Shown: one piece after another, positions 43,145-52,248 of the stretch
Layout of the letters: every line of letters begins with the position of its first letter
Numbering within the stretch: position 1 is the first letter of the stretch
Source of the DNA: an uncultured cyanobacterium
Lineage (GTDB): Bacteria > Cyanobacteriota > Cyanobacteriia > Cyanobacteriales > Cyanobacteriaceae
NCBI GenBank assembly: GCA_963710605.1
Contig: CAVQBA010000005.1
Coordinates: 256,001-320,000 of the forward strand
Length of the DNA stretch: 64,000 bases
Direction of reading: 5' to 3'
Program-made: the position numbers and the translations under genes
The notes under the pieces: model-generated
What the model saw: the letters and a program-made list of their open reading frames with translations, nothing else
What the model was told of the DNA's origin: nothing
Database searches by the model: none

Positions 43145-44425
43145 TTAATTAGACTGTTGGCTATGAACTAAACTCCACAATCGTGGTTGATAAAACAAAG
43201 AGCGATTCATAGCTATTCCTTCTTCGACTATAAAAAAGAAGTTTTCGACAATATCAAGGTGTAAAATTAAATTTTGCTTAACAATAATCTTCATATAATA
43301 CAAACCAGGTTTTAAACAAAGATAAGGAAATTCTAACTTAATTGTATTTTCACCTGGCATAACTTTCATCATTTTTTGGTCTAAAATACTATCTAAACTT
43401 AAGATGATATCGTTTTCTCCGCTTCTTTCTTTGATTAATACATAAACAGTCACTTGCTCTAATAAGTGGTGAGCGTAACAGCCTATTGATAGAAAAATTT
43501 GTTTGCCTGATGTTAGTTTTGTCAGTATATTATTTTCTAAGTCACAAAAGTTTAAAGAAACAATATCTAAACCTAAACTTTCATCTTTATTTTTTTTCGT
43601 AGTTTTCCAAACAGTGTTTTTTATCTGAGCGTCTCCAATCAGCATATCTTTTTCGTATTGGCTGATAACTGTTTCTACATTGCCACTAGAAATAACCTTA
43701 CCTTTGGATAAATACACGGCTGATAAACAAACGGTAAATAAAGCTTGGGAATTATGAGAGACGAGAACAAAAGAAGTTCCTCTTTCTCGCAAATCACTTA
43801 GTTTTTTGTAGCATTTTTTCCTAAATTTAAAGTCTCCCACCGCTAAAACTTCATCAATCAAGAGTATTTCTGGTTCGGTATGAATTGCACAAGCAAATCC
43901 CAACCGTGCTTGCATTCCCGAACTATAAGTCTGTACGGGAGCGTCAATAGCTTCATCTATCTCAGCAAATTCAACAACTTCATCAAAACGATCGTTTATT
44001 TCTACTTTTGATAAACCCAAAATCGACATATTAGCATAAAGATTTTCTCTTCCCGTAAGAATCGGGTTAAAACCTGCACTTAAAGCAATCAATGGTGCAA
44101 TTCGCCCACGAACATTGACAACTCCCGTATCGGGTTTAATCAAACCACTAATAATTCTGAGTAAAGTAGTTTTTCCTGCACCATTTGCTCCAACTAAACC
44201 TAAAGCTTCACCTTTTTTCAACTCGAAATCAATGTCTTGTAATGCCCAAAATTCTTGAGGGCGTAAGATATTATTTTTTGAACGTACCCCTGTTAACTCT
44301 TTAGCAATATCTTGAACTCCGTAATAAAGAGATTTTTTTAAATCACGGCAGAATTTTTTGGAGACACCTTTTACCGATAGGACAATATTTTCGTTTTTGG
44401 TTGAATTTACCACAACTGATTCCAT
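43145..44425 (-). CDS. wzt: polysaccharide ABC exporter ATPase with C-terminal carbohydrate-binding domain
   Basis: GANGAGKTT, YSSGMQARLGFA, LIDEVLAVGD, VSH. Confidence 0.93.
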   Translation of the reverse strand: MESVVVNSTKNENIVLSVKGVSKKFCRDLKKSLYYGVQDIAKELTGVRSKNNILRPQEFWALQDIDFELKKGEALGLVGANGAGKTTLLRIISGLIKPDTGVVNVRGRIAPLIALSAGFNPILTGRENLYANMSILGLSKVEINDRFDEVVEFAEIDEAIDAPVQTYSSGMQARLGFACAIHTEPEILLIDEVLAVGDFKFRKKCYKKLSDLRERGTSFVLVSHNSQALFTVCLSAVYLSKGKVISSGNVETVISQYEKDMLIGDAQIKNTVWKTTKKNKDESLGLDIVSLNFCDLENNILTKLTSGKQIFLSIGCYAHHLLEQVTVYVLIKERSGENDIILSLDSILDQKMMKVMPGENTIKLEFPYLCLKPGLYYMKIIVKQNLILHLDIVENFFFIVEEGIAMNRSLFYQPRLWSLVHSQQSN

Positions 44426-44836
44426 TAAAATCTTAATCTACATTATATTAACTTTCTTTTTTTTGTTTAACTGTAATTATGATTCCGTTACCGAAAATAA
44501 GTCTTTTAGTTGTCTGGAGGCTTAAAATGCGATTCGATTCGATTACTTTTATCGTTTTTTTATTAATTAGGGTCTGCTGAATTAATCCAAACTATATATT
44601 TGTCAAAGATTTACACTGCCTTTACTTCCAGGTAAGTGAGGTTCCAATAATGTCCATAATCTATCTGAAATATCATGTCGTCGATGCGCTGTTATTGCTA
44701 CTCCTTAAACTCAATATAAGTTAAATATAGCAAAATAATTATAGTTTGACGACACTATCTAATAAAAAACTAAAAGCGAAAATTAATGATTAATTGAATT
44801 GATTGAGTCTTTTTCCTCTTTTTCTGGTTTTGGCAA

Positions 44837-45200
44837 TTGACAGTATCCATAAATAGTAGTAAGATGTGTTAGTATCGTAACCAGTAGTGTAGGCAATATA
44901 AAACAAAAAGTAAGTACCTTAAAAACTTTAATAGTGAAAGTATAGGGTTGTTGGCTCGAAAAACCTAGTCAACGTAAAACTTTTAAGGAAATATAGTAAC
45001 TAATATACTAGCCGTCACCGCAGACGGTAGCACAGATAAGGGACTGTGTTTAAACTGCTTGTGGACTCGTTAGATACGGGGGCATTCATTATTAGCAATA
45101 ACGATGTCTAGTTAAGAGGGGAACTTGAAAGAAGCAAGAATCGCCCATTACAATCTTTGCCGAGGATGCGACAGCAGACTCATTAATGGGTGAGTGTCAA
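44837..45200 (+). mobile_element. ORF-less IS200/IS605-derived element with TnpB omegaRNA-like 3' end and own promoter
   Basis: TTGACA-N17-TAAGAT; gcttgtggac; gaagcaagaatcgccc; subterminal stem tcgcccatta/taatgggtga; ends gtgTCAA. Confidence 0.65.
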
Positions 45201-45323
45201 TTTTTTTACATAATAATTCTAAAGTCCGTCCTACTGTTAACCAAGCAAACAAGAATGTAAGTTACAAATCAATAAGATTTACCTTTAACATGTTGTCAGA
45301 AAGCCAAAAACATAGTTGATTTT

Positions 45324-46236
45324 ATGAAAATAACAACAAAAAAAGTCGAGATACTTTTAGAGAAAAATGCTTTTGCATTTTTTTTCCTGTTAAGACTATT
45401 ATCCGAATTTCCAAAGTATTTTCAGTGGTATAATCTAACAGAATCTAACAGAATTAAACGATTAAAAAGTTTAGATATCAAAAAATATAAAACAAGCGAT
45501 ACACTTTTTATCTTAGGAAGTGGTTCGTCAATAAATGAATTGGGTAAAGATGAATGGAAAATTATAAAAAATCACGATTCTTTTGGAATAAATTTTTGGC
45601 TAATTCATGAACATATACCCACTTACTATATGTTCGAAGCGGGAAAATATTCAGATAGATTTAACACCTTCACTGAGCTATTAAAAATTAAAGCGGACAA
45701 GTATGAAAACGTTCCCTTTATACTCAAACATATTCACATCGATAATGATAATTTAGATTTATCCAAATTACCGAAAAAACTTAGAAAAAATCTTTTTACA
45801 GGATACGAATTTAAATTTCCTGGTAGTCTTGAATCGCGATTGAATGAATCCATAAAGCTCACTAACTATTTTAATTTACATTTGATTAATAATATTCTTT
45901 TCTTTAAAAGAGCTTCTATTAGTCAAGCTCTATCTTTTGCTTTTAAAATGAAATATAAAAACATAGTACTTTGTGGTGTCGATCTCCAACAATACTAAAT
46001 ACTTTTATGAGGATGACTTTTATTATAGTTTAGGCATCCCGATTCCCGAGAATATTCAATCAGAATCTGTACATAAAACTTTATCCTCTAATTATGGCGA
46101 AATAACCATTGATAAAGTTGTTTTAAGTATGAGTCAATATCTTCTTAAGCCTCATAACCTTAGTTTATATATAGGTTCAAAAAGCTCTTTTTTATATCCA
46201 TTGTTACCTTATTACTTTGAGCAAGTAGCTTTGTGA
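45324..46236 (+). pseudogene. sialyltransferase/DUF115-like protein, split by 1-nt frameshift at ~45986
   Basis: FILGSGSSIN, FGINFW, IVLCGVDL then NNTKYFYE in the shifted frame. Confidence 0.6.
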
Positions 46237-46472
46237 TTTAACAATTTCTGTCAACTTTTTTATTCTTCTTTTTAGGAAATAGACCTCTTGCAAAACTAGA
46301 GAAATTATATGCTTCATAGATAGATAGATCGTGAAAGAATATTAAAAGTAATACTCAATTGTTTTTCTGTTTCTTCCATGAGCATCACAAAAAAGCCAAA
46401 AACTTCTAAGTCTAAATTTTTCGCATTTCAATTTTCAATTTTTGATTTTGTTGTGCCGATGAACTTGATAAG

Positions 46473-47030
46473 CTATCTATTACAGAAATTTATTTGAGAG
46501 TTTGATGAGAACTTTAACTCATAATTGTATATTGCAGCGATTAAATTGCATCTTCTCTCAAATCCTTTGGTTCTATTTCTGTATTTCCCTCTTATGATTG
46601 CAAATATCCTTAAGCTTCTGTTGATGTGTTCAATCTTGATTCTTTCTGTGCTTAATGCTTGATTGTATTCTTTTTCTAGTTTTGTTAATTGTTTATTTTT
46701 GCTTTTTTTGTATGGAACAAAACTATTTTGATGGTATTTTTGTATTCCCTGATAGCCGCTATCTTGAAAACTTTGTGTTTGAGGGTGAAGTTTTATTTTT
46801 GATGTTTTAAATAACTCAAAGTCATGATTTCTTCCTTTGCCACAAAACAAACAGATAATTTCTCCACTATCTTTATTCGCTAATACTTGGCATTTGAGTG
46901 TGTGTTGTTTTTTTTTCCCGAATAGTATTGCCGTTGATTTTTAATAGGTCGTTGAATAGGAGTTTCGGTAACATCAATTAAAATTGAATCAGGTACACAA
47001 GCTGATTGTAGTAAACTCTTTTTACCTTAT
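46473..47030 (-). mobile_element. IS5-family (ISL2/IS702-like) transposase fragment
   Basis: IDVTETPIQRP...YYSGKK/KQHTLKCQV, DSGYQG, RIKIEHINRSL; 5' half missing. Confidence 0.85.
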
Positions 47031-47033
47031 AAA

Positions 47034-47330
47034 CTAAATCGACCTGAGTTTAAAAGTCGTTTTTCCCGCACCATTTGCTCCAACTAAACCTAAAGCTTCA
47101 CCTTTTTTTAACTCGAAATCAATGTCTTGCAATGCCCAAAACTCTTGAGGACGCAGGATATTATTTTTTGAACGTACCCCTGTTAACTCTTTAGCAATAT
47201 CTTGAACTCCGTAATAAAGAGATTTTTTCAAATCACGGCAGAATTTTTTTGAGACACCTTCTACCGATAGGACAATATTTTCGTCTTCAAAGAATTTTTT
47301 AGTTTTAGATTTGAGTATATTCTCAGTCAT
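47034..47330 (-). pseudogene. wzt: truncated wzt 5' fragment
   Basis: 47053-47284 is ~95% identical to 44163-44394; breaks just after Walker A. Confidence 0.9.
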
Positions 47331-47378
47331 AAATATAAAGAAGCTATTGGTTATCTTTTAGGTTAATTACAAGTATAG

Positions 47379-48359
47379 TTATTGTTTTTTTGAGTTAAGC
47401 AATGTCTTTACCGAACTTCGCCAACCAATGATTATTTGTGAGGTAAAAAAACTAGCGGGAAGTATTAAACCGAGTGTTAATTTGATACTACTTATCACAA
47501 CGGTTATCGGATTGGTTAAGAATAAAGATGGATTTAACTTTAATGCTCGCCAATAATATTGTCCAGAGAGATAGCTGTTTGTCTTAGTAAAATTACTTTC
47601 AACTGCTTTTAAGCTCAAATATTGATAAAGATTAGCTAAATTTTGCTTTTTTAGATGTTGTAAATCTTCGGGTGCTTGAGAGAAAAAATATTCTAATGCT
47701 GTTTTACATTTTTGTTCGTGTTCGAGAAGGGCTTGACTAGTAGTTGAGCCTGAATAAATTCTATACCAGACATGAGGTTTTTTGACAACGGCAAAAGGAT
47801 AAATTTTTGCCAAACGAAGAAAACAATCATAATCTTCACTATGAGACATCGATTCGTTAAAACCGCCTACGCGAACAAAAGCATCTCGACGAATTAGGAC
47901 ATTAGAACCAGAATGTAAAAAATTTTCTTGTAGAAGTTGCGAATAGACTCGACCGCTATAATTGGGTTGCATTGTATCGATCGTATTTCCTGAAATATCA
48001 ATCAATTTAGTCCAACTATAAGCTACGGCGGCTTCTGGATTTTCTTCTAATGCCTCTACTTGCTCTTTGAGTTTATCGGGCATCCAGATATCGTCGGCAT
48101 CGAGAAATGATAAGTATTCGCCATTAGCACAACTTACCCCTCGGTTTCGTGCGGCAGATACCCCAGTATTTTCCTGAGAAATTAGTTTAATACGAGAGTC
48201 GCAAAAGTTAGTAACAATTTCCACCGTATTATCAGTCGAACCGTCATTGACTATTATTACTTCAAAATCTTCATAAGTTTGTGCTAAAAGAGAATTCAAA
48301 GTTTCCGCAATTGTTTTACTTACGTTATAAGCAGGAATTACGACAGAGATTGAGTTCAT
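47379..48359 (-). CDS. glycosyltransferase family 2
   Basis: SVVIPAYN, VNDGSTD, FLDADD, SEDYD. Confidence 0.92.
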   Translation of the reverse strand: MNSISVVIPAYNVSKTIAETLNSLLAQTYEDFEVIIVNDGSTDNTVEIVTNFCDSRIKLISQENTGVSAARNRGVSCANGEYLSFLDADDIWMPDKLKEQVEALEENPEAAVAYSWTKLIDISGNTIDTMQPNYSGRVYSQLLQENFLHSGSNVLIRRDAFVRVGGFNESMSHSEDYDCFLRLAKIYPFAVVKKPHVWYRIYSGSTTSQALLEHEQKCKTALEYFFSQAPEDLQHLKKQNLANLYQYLSLKAVESNFTKTNSYLSGQYYWRALKLNPSLFLTNPITVVISSIKLTLGLILPASFFTSQIIIGWRSSVKTLLNSKKQ

Positions 48360-48429
48360 ATTAAGTAGTTTAGGTAAGATTGTGGGAAAACACGGCTAAT
48401 ATCCAGAAAGAAGTTTTAACTTGATTGGG

Positions 48430-49410
48430 TTAAGCAATGTCTTTTTTACCCAACGCACGCCAACCAACGATTATTCGTTTGAGAAAATTAGCAGGAAGTA
48501 TCAAACCTAGTATTAATTTAATATAAGTCATCAAAACACCGATCGGATTACTCAAGACTAAAGACGGATTTAATTTTAATGCTTGCCAATAATACTGTGC
48601 TGACAAATAGCTTTTTTCTCGATCGAAACTTCCTTCAATTGCTTTTAGACTCAAATACTGATAAAGATTGGCTAAGTTCTGCTTTTTTAAATATTGTAAA
48701 TTTTGAGGTGCTTGAGAGAAAAAATATTCTGTTGCTTCTCTAAATTTTTGCTCATGTTCAAGCAGAGATTGACTAGTAGTCGAACCAGAATAAATTCTAT
48801 ACCAGACATGAGGTTTTTTGACCACAGCAAAAGGATAAATTTTTGCTAAACGAAGAAAACAATCATAGTCTTCACCAAGAGACATCGCTCTGTGAGACAT
48901 TGATTCGTTAAAACCTCCTATTTGCATAAAAACATCTCGATCGACTAGTATGTTAGAACCAGAATGTAAAAAGTTTCCTGTCAATAATTGTGCATAAACC
49001 TGACCGCTATAACTAGGTTTCATAGTAACGATCGGTTTTCCTGAAGCATCAATAAATTTAGTCCAACTATAAGCTACTACTGCTTCTTTGTTTGCTTGTA
49101 AAGCCTCTATTTGCTCTTTTAGTTTATCGGACATCCAGATATCATCAGCATCGAGGAATGATAAATATTTACCCTTAGCGCAACTTGCACCTCGGTTGCG
49201 GGCGGTAGATGCCCCACCATTATCTTGAGAAATTAGTTGAAGACGCTCCTCGCAAAAGCCAGAAACAATTTCTACAGTATCATCAGTCGAACCATCATTT
49301 ACCACTATTATTTCAATATTTTGATAAGTTTGTGCTAAAACACTATTTAAGGTTTCTACTATTGTTTTACTCGCATTATAGGCAGGAATGACGACAGAGA
49401 TTAAGTCCAT
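48430..49410 (-). CDS. glycosyltransferase family 2 (paralog)
   Basis: Same motifs; closely similar to 47379-48359. Confidence 0.92.
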   Translation of the reverse strand: MDLISVVIPAYNASKTIVETLNSVLAQTYQNIEIIVVNDGSTDDTVEIVSGFCEERLQLISQDNGGASTARNRGASCAKGKYLSFLDADDIWMSDKLKEQIEALQANKEAVVAYSWTKFIDASGKPIVTMKPSYSGQVYAQLLTGNFLHSGSNILVDRDVFMQIGGFNESMSHRAMSLGEDYDCFLRLAKIYPFAVVKKPHVWYRIYSGSTTSQSLLEHEQKFREATEYFFSQAPQNLQYLKKQNLANLYQYLSLKAIEGSFDREKSYLSAQYYWQALKLNPSLVLSNPIGVLMTYIKLILGLILPANFLKRIIVGWRALGKKDIA

Positions 49411-49469
49411 ATTAGTTAATTAGATTGGTTAGTCAACAAAGGGCACTCGTGCAAAGGTAATTTTACATT

Positions 49470-50447
49470 TTAAGTTTTTAGTTCTACATTCTTTTGACGT
49501 AAACTCATAACAATCTTTTGAGTTACCGAAGTCGGTAGAATTAGAGCCATAATAATTTTCAGATAAATTTTAATTGTTATATTTGGTTTAGATGTAAAAA
49601 CAGTATATTTGGTTTTAAATGCCCGCCAATGATATTTTAATGCTAATACAGATTGCTTCTTTGTAAATTCACTTTCGATCGCTTTACAACCTAAATAGTA
49701 ATAAAGATTAGCCAAACTTTTATTCTTCAAAAACTGTAATTCGGCAGGTGCTTGGGTAAAAGAATTATTAATAACCCCAACAGAATCTTGCTCCATTTTC
49801 GATAATTTACTAGACATCGAATTTTGCTGACCAATTCGATACAAAATACCGACATGGGATACTGCTACAAATTGATATTGTGCCGCCAAACGAATGAAAA
49901 GATCCCAATCGGCAGGGCCACTTAAAGACTCGTTAAAACCTTCTACTGTAGTCAATGCGTCTTTGTAAATTAGTGCGTTAGAACCACTTTGCAGAAAATC
50001 GGCAATCAAAATTTGTGGATATACGTCACCGCCATAAGTCATCCGCTCGTCTCGATCGATCTTATTTCCTTCTTCATCAATAAAGTCTGTCCAACTGTAC
50101 GCGACTTTCGCTGACGGCGTGTTTTGTAAGACTTCTATCTGTTTAATTAACTTTTCTCTTGTCCACAAATCATCAGCATCGATAAAAGAGATATACTGCC
50201 CTTGAGCTAATGTAATCCCACGATTGCGACTTTTAGAAACACCGCTATTAGGATAAGAAAATACTTGAATTCTCGAATCATCATACTGACTTATAATATT
50301 GAGGCTATCATCAGTCGAGCCATCATCAATGATGATAATTTCTAAGTTACGGTAAGTTTGGTTTAAAACTGACTCTAAAGTTTCGGCAATAGTTCGTTCG
50401 CCGTTGTAAACAGGAATAACTACTGAAATTAAAGCGTATTGATTCAT
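49470..50447 (-). CDS. glycosyltransferase family 2 (paralog)
   Basis: SVVIPVYN, IDDGSTD, FIDADD, ADWD. Confidence 0.92.
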   Translation of the reverse strand: MNQYALISVVIPVYNGERTIAETLESVLNQTYRNLEIIIIDDGSTDDSLNIISQYDDSRIQVFSYPNSGVSKSRNRGITLAQGQYISFIDADDLWTREKLIKQIEVLQNTPSAKVAYSWTDFIDEEGNKIDRDERMTYGGDVYPQILIADFLQSGSNALIYKDALTTVEGFNESLSGPADWDLFIRLAAQYQFVAVSHVGILYRIGQQNSMSSKLSKMEQDSVGVINNSFTQAPAELQFLKNKSLANLYYYLGCKAIESEFTKKQSVLALKYHWRAFKTKYTVFTSKPNITIKIYLKIIMALILPTSVTQKIVMSLRQKNVELKT

Positions 50448-50769
50448 AATTTGATTATAAAGTTAACCGAAAAATAATATTCGCACTTTGACAAGTCCCG
50501 AACGTACGCAAAATACAATAAATACACAACCTGTAGAGGTAGAATATATTCTACCCCTACCATATATAATGTTTTCGCTTAAGTTCTAAAGTCTTTAAAA
50601 TATTTAACATCGCAGATAGTATTAGTTGGTAGTAAGCCTTTTAAGGCTTATTGAGGTAATAGCTAAAGCTATCACTACAAACTTTATTTGTTGTTTGGGT
50701 ACGTAAACTCGATCTTATACCAAATTTAAAAAATAAAAAGACAGTTCGATCGGGCTTATCGTGAAGGTT

Positions 50770-52245
50770 TTAACCCTCAACATCCAAAATTTCAGCTATT
50801 ATTTTCTCAACTGCTTTTTGAGAGCCATTAATACTAAAATATTTCTTGATAAATGCTTCCATACTTGGTTGGTATTTTGCGGTATAATCGGCTTCTGTGA
50901 CAATTTTTCTAATCGTTTCTTGAGCCTCTGCCAAACTTTTTACTTCAATTCCTGCCCCTGCTCGACAGACATCGGGAAAATAAGCAGGTAGAGAAGTAAC
51001 ATTAAAAATAAGTGGTAAAACTCCAAGGGCGATCGCTTCTAAAATAGTTGTCGAATAGATTGCTACCATCAAACAACTCATTTCTAACACTTGGGCTAGA
51101 GGGTATTGAGATGAAGGAACTAATTTAAGGTTAGAAAATTGGCTCAACTTGGTTTTATCTTCTAAAGGTAAAGGAAACTGAGGATGCTCTCTAACTAGTA
51201 CAGAAATTTCGGAAAACTCTTTTGCTGTAAGAATTGCTAAGTCTAACATTTGATTCCAGCTTTTTTTGCTTCCTAACTCTCCTGGAGACTGGAGAAAAAA
51301 AGAAATCGCCTCTTTTTGTTGAGGCTGACGGGATAGAGACTCAGCAGACTTGAGAATATGGCTACCAGTAACAACGAAGTTTTGCTGAGGATTGTATGGT
51401 TGTAAAATTTCCGCAAATCCTTCTCCCCAAACTAACATCTTACTGTAAGACATATTACGAAAACCATTATGAACGATCGGCGACCAACCTTGTTGAAAAC
51501 AAATTACGGGAATATTACATTGCTTACCTACTTGATTGATAACTTCATCTTGAATATGATTACCTTCTAAAACTATTAAGCACTTTGGTTGCACTTGTTT
51601 GACGATCGTATAAAAATAATTATAAAGATAAATTATCCCGAAGTTAATACGAAAGTACTTACTAGGTTGTTCTCTAAAAGCGAAAAATAGAGATGTATCG
51701 ATCTCTATAGATGGTAACTGATTTTTTTCAAAAAACTGATTTACATGAATATGGGGGGTAACATAAGTAAATGAAAGTCGATCGTCTTTAGTAATAGGTT
51801 CTAGAAATCTGACAAATTTTTCATGTTCGATATAAACCAAAACTGTATCGGGTTTTGGTTTTGGTTTTGGTTTTGGTTTTAAGTTTAATGCTAGATGATA
51901 GAGTTTATCTTTTACGGTTTGCAAAAGCGATCGTATTCGATCTTCTCTAACAACAAGTCGCTTTAATTCAATTTGTCGCTCGAAAAGATAAAAAATAAAA
52001 TCCCGTTCTGAAATAGTGTCAAACTCGATCGATTCTGGTAATTCGTCTTGTCGCCATTGTTCAAACAGATGATAACCTCGTTCATTCTTAAACCAAGAAA
52101 AATATAAACTACGCTCCACTGCATATTTTAAATTAGCACCGTCATAAAAAAAGGCTTTACGATCTTCTTTTTCCTGAGCGTTGGTATAAGACTCGATCGC
52201 ACGACAGAGTTGTTGAATATATTCATATCTTAAATCCTCTTGCAT
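50770..52245 (-). CDS. GT-B fold capsule/polysialyl- or CDP-glycerol-transferase-like protein
   Basis: VREHP, YSTTILEAIALG; directly downstream of neuB. Confidence 0.6.
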   Translation of the reverse strand: MQEDLRYEYIQQLCRAIESYTNAQEKEDRKAFFYDGANLKYAVERSLYFSWFKNERGYHLFEQWRQDELPESIEFDTISERDFIFYLFERQIELKRLVVREDRIRSLLQTVKDKLYHLALNLKPKPKPKPKPDTVLVYIEHEKFVRFLEPITKDDRLSFTYVTPHIHVNQFFEKNQLPSIEIDTSLFFAFREQPSKYFRINFGIIYLYNYFYTIVKQVQPKCLIVLEGNHIQDEVINQVGKQCNIPVICFQQGWSPIVHNGFRNMSYSKMLVWGEGFAEILQPYNPQQNFVVTGSHILKSAESLSRQPQQKEAISFFLQSPGELGSKKSWNQMLDLAILTAKEFSEISVLVREHPQFPLPLEDKTKLSQFSNLKLVPSSQYPLAQVLEMSCLMVAIYSTTILEAIALGVLPLIFNVTSLPAYFPDVCRAGAGIEVKSLAEAQETIRKIVTEADYTAKYQPSMEAFIKKYFSINGSQKAVEKIIAEILDVEG

Positions 52246-52248
52246 AGC

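Noticed and set aside
44568-44582. IS terminal-repeat-like tagggtctgctgaa (and agacctcttgcaaaa at ~46281)
   Set aside because: Single unpaired ends with no partner repeat or transposase; too little to define an element
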